From positions 8,556,001 through 8,620,000 of the forward strand of contig NC_083228.1 of the NCBI RefSeq assembly GCF_032191835.1: a stretch of 64,000 nucleotides of DNA, written 5' to 3'. The notes under the pieces are model-generated. The model was not told the DNA's origin, did no database searches, and worked only from the letters and a program-made list of their open reading frames with translations. This stretch comes from Heteronotia binoei (lineage: Eukaryota). Numbering within the stretch: position 1 is the stretch's first letter; the number at the start of each line of letters is the position of its first letter. The translations under genes and the position numbers were made by a program. This document shows positions 47,772 to 59,813 of the stretch, in pieces.

Positions 47772-48560
47772 AATTATGTCACTCCCCGGTTGTTAGAGTG
47801 GCCTCTAACTTGCCTACCAACAGGGATGCCAACAGGACTGAAGAAGGAATGCCCTGTCTCTTTAAGAGAGGCTTCAGAGGCTGAAATGGGCAGCTGAAGC
47901 TTTTCATGGCCTGGAGGCAGATATTGCCCTCTTATGCCTCTCTTAAAGGGGCAGGATGTTTTTTCTCTAGGTGGTTGGTAATCTTGCCTACCAAAGTCAC
48001 ATGTGGGGTGGAATCCAAACTCAAGGCAGACCCCTCCCCCCATCAACTGATGTCAGGCCACTGCTGTCTCTCTCCCATAACCCAGCCTCATATCAGTGTG
48101 CAACATATACAAAAAATAATATTTGAATTAGAAGAATTTATGCTGAGATGGATATTTCCAAATGTTTCTCTTTCTGTTAACCTTAGGGGAGTGTGTAACA
48201 GGTAATATGAGAGGAGACAGATGATAATTAAGAAGTCAGCTGGGCTCACCCTTTCAAATAACTGCAAATATGACTGACTTTGCAGTTTTCTGTTTCTGAA
48301 ATGCAAAATCTGTTAGCTAAACGTTATTCCCTTCTACTGATGTGACATAGGTAGCTTGCCTAGAATATCAGCTGATGCTCACCAAAAGCTCTAAAGTCTA
48401 GACAAGCACTTGATGGGAATAAATTAAGTCACTACATAATGGGAGATGGGAGATGAAGTGGATTTGTAATCCCCTCCTCCCCACATACATCCCCCCCTCA
48501 ACACAACATGGGCCTGCTGAGATCCTTGCACTAATTGTGCCCATCTTTCTGTTTGTGTCC
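46840..48560. repeat. Locus-specific duplicated segment E2
   Basis: Collinear with E1. Includes a (GT)n at about 47737-47770; the E1 acceptor AG is lost. Confidence 0.65.
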
Positions 48561-48932
48561 AGGGCTAATTTCCAAGGTCACAACTGCAGTGTTGGAATGG
48601 CTTGAAATTGGATTTCAGGTGAAACTCTCTGCCTTAAAACGAAGGCCCCAGCTTCCTCTTGCAACTGACATGAAGTTTCCAACCAGTCATGAGTAAAACT
48701 GAAATGTATCCTAAAATCAGGAATCCCTTCTAACTCCATTGAAGTAAATAGGACAGGGGTGGCCAAATCATGGCTTAGGAGTGGCCAAACCATGACTCTT
48801 TCACATATGTTGTGTGGCTCTTGAAGCTCCCACAACCCTGTCAGCTAGCTTGGCGACTTCTTCAATCCAAGCCAGCCAGTGGAAGAGAAATGGCTCGGCG
48901 AATGCATTTAAAGTTGCTTTCTTTCCACTTTC

Positions 48933-49064
48933 NNNNNNNNNNNNNNNNNNNNNNNNNNNNNNNNNNNNNNNNNNNNNNNNNNNNNNNNNNNNNNNNNNNN
49001 NNNNNNNNNNNNNNNNNNNNNNNNNNNNNNNNNNNNNNNNNNNNNNNNNNNNNNNNNNNNNNNN
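48933..49064. other. Assembly gap (132 N)
   Basis: Run of N; the two flanks belong to different repeat families. Confidence 1.
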
Positions 49065-51269
49065 GCGTGCCTTGCAGGCCTAAGAGTCATTTTGTAGAAA
49101 AAGAGATGCCGGAGCTCATTAGCACAACTCTTTTGCATATGCCACACACCCTGACATCAACTGAAGATGTACTAAATTATATCAGCTCAGCATCTTCCTT
49201 AAAGGCTTCTTGAATTATATTTGTCATAATAAAACCTTACTGTCATCATACTTTTAAAATTACTTTCTCCTATGTGGTCACAATGGCATGATGAAGATTT
49301 CCATCTGTCTGCCTTATATGTTTTGGTTATTTTTGCGGGAGAAAACATTAGAAAGTTTGTCAAATCTTAGAGTTCAGCAAAATTCTTATGGGGGCTTGAA
49401 CAATGGAGCTCAGAAGCAATATTGGGAGGAGAGGAGGGGGTTAAAAAAAAAGAGCACAATAAGATCTGGAGGTCCCAGAGCTCCTGCCCAAAATGAGACC
49501 CACCTGCGGCTCTCAAACATCTGATGTTTATTCTATGTGGCTCTTACATTAAGCAAGTTTGGCCATCCCCGAAATAGGCAGAGAAGGCTGATAAGGTAAA
49601 TAGGCAGAGATGCCTGCTTAGAATCGCATAGTAAGAGGGGGAATGAAAATGACAACTGAGAAGAGACTGAGCATAAGTATGCAAATACCTGAATGGGAGA
49701 GGGCTTACTTGCCTTAAAAGTGAGTGCTTGAGTGAAGCAGGATGCTGGCCCATTTGTCTAATACATTGGCACACTTCCTGTCTGGTGAACACCTTTGAAG
49801 TGGGTGAGTGCAAAAAATGTCAGCCAGTTGTCATGATGTCATAATGCCTTATATAAAATAACTGGTTAGCCACTGGCTGAAGAAGGATGCTAGCCCATTG
49901 GTCTGTTCCAGCTGCACACCTCCTGTCCTGTCAGCGCCTTGGAAATGGCTGGGTGAGAGAAATGTAAACTGGTTGTCATAATTCCATAAATGTCATCATG
50001 CCATATATAAATGATACAAAGGAACTGTTTAGCCACTGATTGAAGCAGGATACTGGCCCATTGGTCTGACCCAGCAGCAAACCTCTTGTCCCGTGAGCTT
50101 CATTGAAGAAGGTGAGTGACCAAAATGTCAGCTGGTTGTCATAATGCCATAAATGTTGCCATGCCATAAATAAATAATATAAAGCCATCAGTTAGCCACT
50201 AAGTGAAGAAGGATTCTTTCGCCAGGCCGGTTTGACCAGAGATCCTGAAGGTATATTTGCCATCTTCTGGGCATGGAGCAGAAGTCACTGGGTGTGTGTG
50301 GGGGAGGTATTTGTGAATTTCCAGGGAACTCTACTAGATGACCCTGGAGGTGCCTTCCAACTCTATGAATCCATGAACTTCAGCCTCCTGGCTCCAGCCC
50401 AGTTAGAAAGCTATCTTTTCCTCCCTCTTTCAAGTCGAATTTTCCCATCCAAAGGCACTTTGCAAATATTTGGTGTCTCTGATCTCATCATCCTAGAGCC
50501 ACAGCTCAGGTTACAACTACAACTATGCTGCAGCCTTTGAACTAGTCGCCTTTCTTCCTGCGCTGTTTCGCTCTTAATTTGAACCTCAGCCAAAAAGGAG
50601 GATGAACAAAGATAACTGCGTTTGCTTTCATTCAAATATATATTTGTGGTAAAGGACAGAATACGTGGGTTGGGGGCGCAGACTATGCGCCTGTTCTTTT
50701 TGTACAGAGTTTTATGTTGCTGCACGTGGGTGATTTAATTAGGGTTGCCAATCCCCAGGTGGGGGCAGGAGATCCCTTGGTTGGAAGACCCTCCCCCGCT
50801 TCAGGGTCATCAGAAAGCGGGGAGGGGAGGGAAATGTCTGCTGGGAACTCCATTATTCCCTATGGAGACTTATTCCCATAGGAAATAATGGAGAATTGAT
50901 CTGTGGGTATCTGGGGCTCTGGGGGAGGCTGTTTTTTGAGATAGATGCAGCAAATTTGCAGCATAGCATCCAGTGCTTCTCTCCAAAATACCTTCCAAGG
51001 TTTAAAAGGATTGGACCAGGGCGTCCAATTCTATGAGCCCCAAAAGAAGGTGCCCCTATCCTTCATGATTTCCTATGGAAGGAAGGCATTGAAAAGATGT
51101 GTCGTCCCTTTAAATGTGATGGCCAGAACTCCCTTTGGAATTCAATTATGCTTGTCACAGCCTTGATCTTGGCTCCATCCCTAATGTCTCCTGGCTCCAC
51201 CCCCAAAGTCCCCAGAAATTTCTTGACTTGGACTTGGCAACCCTAGACTTAATTCATTTTATTTCAGAG

Positions 51270-51720
51270 TCGGACAGCCTCTGTCGCAGCCGTCGCGGCG
51301 TCTCCTAAGAGGGCGGCTCAACAGCGGGCGGCGGGCCAGCGCCTCCGGCTGCCCTTTTCCTCCTCCCCCCCCCCCCTTCGCTCTCCGCCAGACTCGGCTT
51401 CAAGGCGACTTGCAGGCCGAAGCCTCCGGAGGCGCTGGTAGGCCTCGGAACGCCGTCGCCATGGTGACCCTGTTAGTGCAGCAGCTATCGCCTTCCCCCT
51501 GCTGCGGAACTAACATCGCCGGCCTCGGTTTCGGGGAGGGGCGCGAAAAAGAGAGCGCAGCCATCCACACGCGCTGCGGGCGGCGCCGGGGCAGGTAAGG
51601 GGAGGCTTGGCCGGGCGGGGGGCGCCCAGAGGGGAATGAGCCGAAGGGAAGAGGCGGCGGCGGGGGGGGGCGCTTATTTCTCACCTCTCCGCTTTGGGGG
51701 GCTTGCGTTGCCTATTCCGC
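51270..51720 (+). promoter_or_regulatory. BMS1: CpG-island promoter and probable non-coding first exon of BMS1
   Basis: Dense CpG, donor CAG|GTAAGG at 51594/51595, next acceptor at 55125/55126 upstream of the BMS1 ATG. Confidence 0.7.
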
Positions 51721-54324
51721 CGGGGAATCTTCAGATATGTTCCTTTTTGGAAGGATAACCTGCAGGGGCATTTCGACTTACAAGTACTTTGTAGCACTAA
51801 AGCACTTTAAATTATTTGTTCTGATGTAATTGTGCTTAGATGCGTTTTTGGAAATGAATTATACGTACTTACCTTACAATCCTAATTATGGCAATGGATT
51901 GTGACAATCAGATACTCTGAAGGTTTATACACTAATAATTGCAAGTGAATTTATGATTGTATTCGTCACGGTTTTTCTTTGGGTTCTCATTCTGTTCCGT
52001 GGTTCTCTCCATTGTATTTTTAATCCCCAGGTGGGGGCAGGGGATCCCCCAGTTTGGAGGCCCTCCCCCCCGCCTCAGGGTCACCTGAAAGCGAGGGGGG
52101 GGAGGGAAATGTCTGCTGGGCACTCCATTATTCCCTGTGGAGACCGATTCCCATAGGAAATAATGGAGAATTGATCCATGGGTATCTGGGGCTGTTTTTT
52201 GAGGTAGAGGCACCAGATTTGCAGCATAGCATCCGGTGCCTCTCCTCAAAACACCCTCCAAGATTCTAAAAGATTGGACCAGAGGGTCCAATTCTATGAG
52301 CCCCAAAAGAAGGTGCCTCTATCCATTCTTTCCAATGGAGGGAAGGTATTTAAAAGGTGTGTGGCCCCTTTAAATGTGACGGCCAGAACTCCCTTTGGTG
52401 TTCAGTTATGCTTGTCACACCCTTGCTCCTGGCTCCACCCCAAAGTCCCCAGATATTTCTTGAATTGGACTTGGCAACCCTACTCAGGAGCCACATGTGG
52501 CTCTTTCTGTGTGGCTGTTGAAGCCCCCACCACCCCATTGGCTGGCTTGGAGAAGACATTTTTCTCTTTCAACCACTTCTCCAAGCCAGCTGATGCTTGG
52601 AAAATGTATTTGAGGTTAAAGTTGCTTTCTTTCCACCTCTCTCCCCCATCTTCCTTCGTCTTATGACTCTCAAACATCTGACATTCATGTCTTGCTGCTC
52701 TCAAGCTTCTGATGTTTATTTGGTGCCTCTTATGTTAAACAGGTTTGGCCACCCCTGGCCTAGGCGAAGTCTCAGTGGTAGAGTTGCCAGCAGCCTGGAG
52801 GGGAGAGAAATGCCTTTTAAGCAGAGACTTAATCTGTGTGAGTCGGGAGTTGAAGCTTTGCATGGCCTAGAATAGGGATGGCCAAACTTGCTTAATATAA
52901 GAGCCACATAGAATAAATGTCAGATGTTTGAGAGCTACAAGACATGAGTGTCAGGAACGAAGGAAGGAAGGAATGCAAATAGATGGGGAGGGAGGAGAGA
53001 GGGAGAAGTGGAAAGAAATGCATTCTCCAAGCCACCAGCTGGCTTGGCTTGTGGAAGTGATTTAAAGAGACAAATGCCTTCTCCAAGCCAGCTGACCAGG
53101 TGGTGAAGGCTGAAAGAGCCACAGTTTGGCCACCCCTGGCCTAGAAGAAAGTAGCATCCCCTGGTAAATAGCGCGATGTTATGCACCTTGGGCCAGGGAA
53201 GTTGCTGTGTTAGTCAGTTGCAGCCCAAATAGGAATCTGGTTCCCAGCAGGGAATGAGGGGGAAGGGTTGCCAGAGGCTGGAAAACGGGAGATTTGGGGG
53301 TGCAGCATGGGGGAGACATGGACATCAGTATAATACAGTGCCATAAAGTCCACCTTCCAAAGCACCCATTTTTTTTCAGAGAAACTGATATCAGTCGTCT
53401 GGAGATGAGCTGTAATTCTGGGGGGTCCCCAAGTTCCGCCTGGAGGTTGGCATCCTAGGGTTCTCATCTTCCAGGCTGGGCTGAAGCTCTCCTGGAATTA
53501 AAACTGATCTCCAGGCTGCCTAAATTGCTACCCAAATGGCTACTTTGAAAGGTGGGCTGTGTGACATTATATCCTGCCAAAGTCCCTTCCCTCCCTAAAG
53601 CCCACTCTTCTAGGCTCCATCCTCAAATCTCTAGGTATTTCCAAACCTGGAGGTGGCAACCCTAAAACCCAGCACAAGCTTTTGTGAATTATTTTTCACC
53701 TACAGATTCCCCAGGGGACTGGGGGGCGGGGTAGCCTCAGCCAATAGAAGGAAGAGAGGCTTGTGAAGTCTTGTGAGCAAAAGTTCTGCTTTGTGAGCTC
53801 CTGGCATTAAAGTTGTGAGCTCCGGCATCAGTTAGTGTGCTCTGGGGCCCTCCTTCATGAGCAGGCTGAGTAAGACAAAAATGTGTGAGCCAGAGGCTAG
53901 AAAACTGAGCTAGCTCACATGAACTCAGGTTAGGGAGACACTGGTGGTGAGTTGGTTGGCCCAGGATTTGGGAGACCCCGTTTCAAAACCCCGCTCTGCC
54001 ACAGAGCTTGCTGGGGGATCTTGGGCAAGTTGCATATGCTCAGCTTATCCTACCTCACAGGGTTGTTGTGCGGATAAACTGGAGAAGAGGGGAATGTTGT
54101 GAGCCACTTTGGATTTCCATAGGAGAGGAAATTGGGGTAGGAACAAAGGAAATGATTTTTTTGCAGCCATATAAATACATAGAAACTTTTTAAAGTCTTC
54201 CCCGTTTTGTTGGCTTCAACATAATTAGATTGGCTTTTCTGGCATTTGTCCTGATTTTGCATCTAAAAGAAAAAGAAAGGAAATAGTAGGAACCGTTTCC
54301 AAGGTTCCCATTCACTTGCTTGCT

Positions 54325-55020
54325 AGAGAGCCAGTTTGGTGCAGTGGAGAAGAGCACAGACTCTTATCTGGGAGAACCGGGTTTGATTCCCCACACCTCC
54401 ACTTGCACCTGCTAGCATGGCCTTGGGTCAGCCATAGCTCTGGCAGAGGTTGTCCTTGAAAGGGCAGCTGCTGTGAGAGCCCTCTCAGCCCCACCCATCT
54501 CACAGGGTGTCTGTTGTGGGGGAGGAAGGTAAAGGAGATTGTGAGCCGCTCTGCGACTCTTCGGAGTGGAGGGCGGGATATAAATCCAATATCTTCATCT
54601 ACCTCACAGGGTGTCTGTTGTGGGGGAGGAAGGGAAAGGAGATTGTGAGCCGCTCTGAGACTCTTCAGAATGGAGGGTGGGATATAAATACAATATCTTC
54701 ATCTACCTCACAGGGTGTCTGTTGTGGGGGAGGAAGGGAAAGGAGATTGTGAGCCACTCTGAGACTCTTCGGAGTGGAGGGCGGGATATAAATCCAATAT
54801 CTTCATCTACCTCACAGGGTGTCTGTTGTGGGGGAGGAAGGGAAAGGAGATTGTGAGCCGCTCTGAGACTCTTCTGAGTGGAGGGTGGGGTATAAATCCA
54901 ATATCTTCATCTACCTCACAGGGTGTCTGTTGTGGGGGAGAAAGGGAAAGGAGATTGTGAGCCGCTCTGAGACTCTTCGGAGTGGAGGGCGGGATATAAA
55001 TCCAATATCGTCTTCTTCTT
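54325..55020 (+). repeat. Squam3-type SINE with 104-bp tail repeated five times
   Basis: CTCACAGGGTGTCTGTTGTGGG recurs at 54499, 54603, 54707, 54811 and 54915. Confidence 0.9.
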
Positions 55021-55171
55021 CTTGTCTCTGGTGTTCGAGAAGCAGAGGCATCATTTGGCATCTCTTCTGTTCAAGGCGTGCCACGTGGAGTCCCTGGTTT
55101 CTCTCTTCCTCGGTGATATTGGCAGAACCACATTGTGCACTGTCAGCGGTAGCTGACCGCCGACCAAAGAG

Positions 55172-55347
55172 ATGGACGAAAAAGAACAGAAACATCATCG
55201 CAAGAAACACAGTGGGCCCAAAGCGAACAGGAAAAAGAAGCGCCATTTGACAGACCTTGGCCTTGAAGATGAGGAGGACGCCAGGAAGAGAAACCCAAAG
55301 GCCTTTGCGGTCCAGTCTGCGGTGCGGATGGCCAGAACCTTTCACAG
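55172..55347 (+). CDS. BMS1: BMS1 ribosome biogenesis GTPase, first coding exon
   Basis: MDEKEQKHHRKKHSGPKA...RKRNPKAFAVQSAVRMARTFH then AG|GTACGG. Confidence 0.95.
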
Positions 55348-55609
55348 GTACGGCACGTCGAGATGTTAATCCATCTGCAATGACCGTCCTATCAGCATAC
55401 GGTTTATTTTCTTTGTATCACAGCATTTCTAGATTTGACTTGTGGCATTTGTGTAACAGCGTCGTTTTTATTTAGCTGTAGCCACGGGAGAGATGCATTC
55501 TTGCTTGTGGGCAGAAACCGTGTTCATTTAAAGCTTTTTCTTGGTTTATTTTGCATAGAATGGTGTTGTATCTTCACTAGGAACCCCAGGAGAGAGGTTT
55601 TGGTGATAG

Positions 55610-57480
55610 TCATCGAATCATAGAATTGGAAGGGACCTCCAGGGTCATCTAGTCCAACCCCCTGCACAATGCAGGAAACTCACAAACGCCTCCCCCAAAA
55701 TTCACAGGATCTTCATTGCTGTCAGACGGCCATCCAGCCTCTGTTTAAAAACCTCCAAGGAAGGAGAGCCCACCACCTCCCAAGGAGGAAGCCTGTTCCC
55801 CTGAGAAAGCACTCTTAACAGTCAGGAAGTTCTTCCTAATAGAATCAGAGAGTTGGAAGGGACCTCCAGGGTCACCTAGTCCAACCCCCTGCACAATGCA
55901 GGAAACTCACAAACGCCTCCCCCTAAATTCACAGGATCCTCATTGCTGTCAGATGCCCATCTAGCCTCTGTTGAAAAACCTCCAAGGAAGGAGAGCCCAC
56001 CACCTCCCAAGGAGGAAGCCTGTTCCACTGAGAAACTGCTCTTAACAGTCATAGAATCCTAGAGTTGGAAGGGACCCCCAGGGCCATCTAGTGAGTCCAA
56101 CCCCCTGCACAATGCAGGAAACTCACAAACGCCTCCCCCTAAATTCACAGGATCCTCATTGCTGTCAGATGCCCATCTAGCCTCTGTTGAAAAACCTCCA
56201 AGGAAGGAGAGCCCACCACCTCCTGAGGAAGCCTGTTCCACTGAGAAACTGCTCTTAACAGTCATAGAATCCTAGAGTTGGAAGGGACCCCCAGGGCCAT
56301 CTAGTGAGTCCAACCCCCTGCACAATGCAGGAAACTCACAAACGCCTCCCCCTAAATTCACAGGATCCTCATTGCTGTCAGATGCCCATCTAGCCTCTGT
56401 TGAAAAACCTCCAAGGAAGGAGAGCCCACCACCTCCTGAGGAAGCCTGTTCCACTGAGAAACTGCTCTTAACAGTCATAGAATCCTAGAGTTGGAAGGGA
56501 CCCCCAGGGCCATCTAGTGAGTCCAACCCCCTGCACAATGCAGGAAACTCACAAACGCCTCCCCCTAAATTCACAGGATCCTCATTGCTGTCAGATGCCC
56601 ATCTAGCCTCTGTTGAAAAACCTCCAAGGAAGGAGAGCCCACCACCTCCTGAGGAAGCCTGTTCCACTGAGAAACTGCTCTTAACAGTCATAGAATCCTA
56701 GAGTTGGAAGGGACCCCCAGGGCCATCTAGTGAGTCCAACCCCCTGCACAATGCAGGAAACTCACAAACGCCTCCCCCTAAATTCACAGGATCCTCATTG
56801 CTGTCAGATGCCCATCTAGCCTCTGTTGAAAAACCTCCAAGGAAGGAGAGCCCACCACCTCCTGAGGAAGCCTGTTCCACTGAGGAACTGCTCTTAACAG
56901 TCATAGAATCCTAGAGTTGGAAGGGACCCCCAGGGCCATCTAGTGAGTCCAACCCCCTGCACAATGCAGGAAACTCACAAACGCCTCCCCCTAAATTCAC
57001 AGGATCCTCATTGCTGTCAGATGCCCATCTAGCCTCTGTTGAAAAACCTCCAAGGAAGGAGAGCCCACCACCTCCTGAGGAAGCCTGTTCCACTGAGAAA
57101 CTGCTCTTAACAGTCATAGAATCCTAGAGTTGGAAGGGACCCCCAGGGCCATCTAGTGAGTCCAACCCCCTGCACAATGCAGGAAACTCACAAACGCCTC
57201 CCCCTAAATTCACAGGATCCTCATTGCTGTCAGATGCCCATCTAGCCTCTGTTGAAAAACCTCCAAGGAAGGAGAGCCCACCACCTCCTGAGGAAGCCTG
57301 TTCCACTGAGAAACTGCTCTTAACAGTCATAGAATCCTAGAGTTGGAAGGGACCCCCAGGGCCATCTAGTGAGTCCAACCCCCTGCACAATGCAGGAAAC
57401 TCACAAACGCCTCCCCCTAAATTCACAGGATCCTCATTGCTGTCAGATGGCCATCTAGTCTCAGTTTAAAAACCTCCAAG
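55610..57480 (-). repeat. Tandem array of a CR1 3' end: 213-bp unit, about 6.7 near-identical plus 2 diverged copies
   Basis: Identical ORFs recur every 213 nt from 56059 to 57124. The unit is the reverse complement of the CR1 terminus at 39830-40016. Confidence 0.95.
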
Positions 57481-58844
57481 TCACCCAACAAGCTTCATGG
57501 CTGAGCAGGGGTTTGTAATACCCAAGCCCAGCACTTGTAAAGCTCTCTTACAGTGCCGTCCTGCGCAGAGTTCTTTCAGTAAGACTTGTTTGACTTAGGC
57601 TGGCGTATTTCTGCCTAGGATTGCATTGTCAATACTGGAGAGGAATGTTCATTTAATTGTTGGAGCCGTGGTTGAATCAATAAATGAATGGATGGTTGCA
57701 AGCGAAGGTACTCTGTTCCATTCTGGTGAATGAAAGAATTCGGGAACGGGTGAATCACTGGATTGAATAAGTGGAGTTCTTCTCCTCTTTGTATGTGGGA
57801 GGAGACATGGCCAGGCTTCTGTGGCAAGTTTTCTTCAAAGTGAAATTTGATGACTGCAAAACAGCAGTGATTCCTTTTAAATTACATTTGAAGTGAAGTT
57901 TTAATTGCATTTGAAGTGAAGTGTTTTCCAAGCTGAAGACTGCCTTCTGTGTCATAAAATGGCACTTAAAACAAAGTACAACCCCCAGAGAATGGTAATA
58001 GGAAAGAACGAGGCATGCTCATGATTCAGGAATGCTTATAGTTCTTCTAGTCGTGAACTTCTGAGCTGCTTTTGGGAGCTTTAGGGTTACCAGCCTCCAG
58101 ATTGGGTCTTGAGAGCTCCTGGAGTTTGCAACTGATCCCTAGATCAGACTACAGAGAGATCAGTTCCCCTGGAGAAGTGGATGCTTCGAAGGATAGACTT
58201 TGTGGCAGGGGTGGCCAAACTGTGGCTCGGAAGCTCTTTGACACATATTGTGTGGCTCTCGGAGCTCTCTGAGAGCCGGTTTGGTGTAGCGGTTAAGTGT
58301 GGGGACTCTTATCTGGGAGAACTGGGTTTGGTTCCCCACTCCTCCCCTTGCAGCTGCTGGAATGGCCTTGGGGCAGCTGCTGTGAGAGCCCTCTCAGCCC
58401 CATCCACCTCACAGAGTGTCGGTTGTGGGGGGAGAAGATAGAGGAGATCGTAAGCCGCTCTGAATCTGATTCAGAAAGAAGGGCAGGGTATAAATCTGCT
58501 ATTCTTCTTCTTCCCATTGCCCCATCAGCCGGCTTGGAGAAGGCACTTCTCTCTTTAAATCACTTCTCTGAGTCAAGCCAGCTGCCAGCTTTGGAGAATG
58601 CATTTACAGTTAAAGTTGCTTTCTTTCTTTATGGCATTATAGTCTTCTGAGCGCCCTCTGCTCTTCCTCCCCAGGCTCCATTCCCCAAATCTCCAGGAAT
58701 TTCCCAACTCAGAGTTGGCAACCCTAGTGGGCTTGGTTACTGACAAATTTGTGACGCCCCACCATTGCAAAATTTTCTGGTTCTTGAGCTGGAGTTCTGC
58801 ACGTAGCCCAATTCAAGCACATAGCTTAACTTTGCATCACCGTA

Positions 58845-59125
58845 TAGTAAAGCTGCAGTGCTACAGTCCAAGCTCTCTGCTCATGGCCTGAGTTTGATCC
58901 TGGTGGAAGCCAGGTTCAGGTAGCCGGCTCAAGGTTGACTCAGCCTTCCATCCTTCTGAGGTAGGTAAAAAGAGTATCCAGCTTGCTGAGGGGAAAGCAT
59001 AGATGACTGGGGAAGGCAATGGCAAACCACCTCGTAAAAAGTCTGCCGTGAAAACATTGTGATGCGACATCACCCCAGAGTTGGAAACGACTGGTGCTTG
59101 CACAGGGGACTGCCTTGACCTTTTT
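58845..59125 (+). mobile_element. Sauria-type SINE
   Basis: Matches the 10368-10665 family and ends just upstream of a BMS1 acceptor. Confidence 0.8.
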
Positions 59126-59169
59126 ATAGTTATTGCAAGTTCGTAATTTTCCTTGTTCTTAAAAAACAG

Positions 59170-59360
59170 GACTCAGGATCTGAAGACAAAAAAACATCAT
59201 ATTCCTGTGGTCGACCGCACTCCCTTAGAGCCACCGCCAGTGGTGGTGGTGGTGGTTGGCCCCCCGAAAGTAGGGAAGAGTACCTTGATAAGATGTCTCA
59301 TTAAGAATTTCACCAGGCAGAAGTTGGTTGAAATTCGGGGCCCTGTCACAATTGTCTCAG
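59170..59360 (+). CDS. BMS1: BMS1 coding exon 2 (P-loop GPPKVGKS)
   Basis: AACAG|GACTCAG...TCAG|GTAAGA; TQDLKTKKHHIPVVDRTPLEPPP...GPVTIVS. Confidence 0.95.
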
Positions 59361-59733
59361 GTAAGAACTGATCGGAGCCTGTGCCAGAGCGTGCTTGCGT
59401 TTATAGCTAATCCTCAATTCAGACATCACACCAAACTGTAGTTCGGGTTAGCTGCAGTTAGAGCCCAAATCATGGCTGGACTGTCCAGATGTACAACAGA
59501 GAAATCATGGCTTCTCTACGCTGGTCAGCCATAGCTTAGTTTGTCAATTCAGGGGATTTGCAATTATCTTTTGTTTTTGTTGGGGACACTTTACTGTAAC
59601 CAAGAGGAACGGTGGGATATAAATATTGTAATAAATAAATTAAATAAATGCTCTCCTAGAACTGAAAATGTTTTTGCACTTTGCAAGGCAGTACTGAAAT
59701 TTGTTGTGTTTTGCTCTTTCTCCTTCTTTACAG

Positions 59734-59813
59734 GTAAAAAACGCAGACTGACCATAATTGAGTGTGGATGTGATATTAGTACAATGATCGACCTGGCGAA
59801 AGTTGCTGATTTG
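59734..59813 (+). CDS. BMS1: BMS1 coding exon 3
   Basis: TTTACAG|GTAAAAAACGC...TTG|GTGAGT; GKKRRLTIIECGCDISTMIDLAKVADL. Confidence 0.95.

Noticed and set aside
51395-51465. Minus-strand MATA start resembling TMEM254
   Set aside because: Similarity ends after four residues and the ORF stops at 20 codons.
56059-57330. Six repeated 68-aa ORFs
   Set aside because: Translations of the tandem CR1 tail; not genes.
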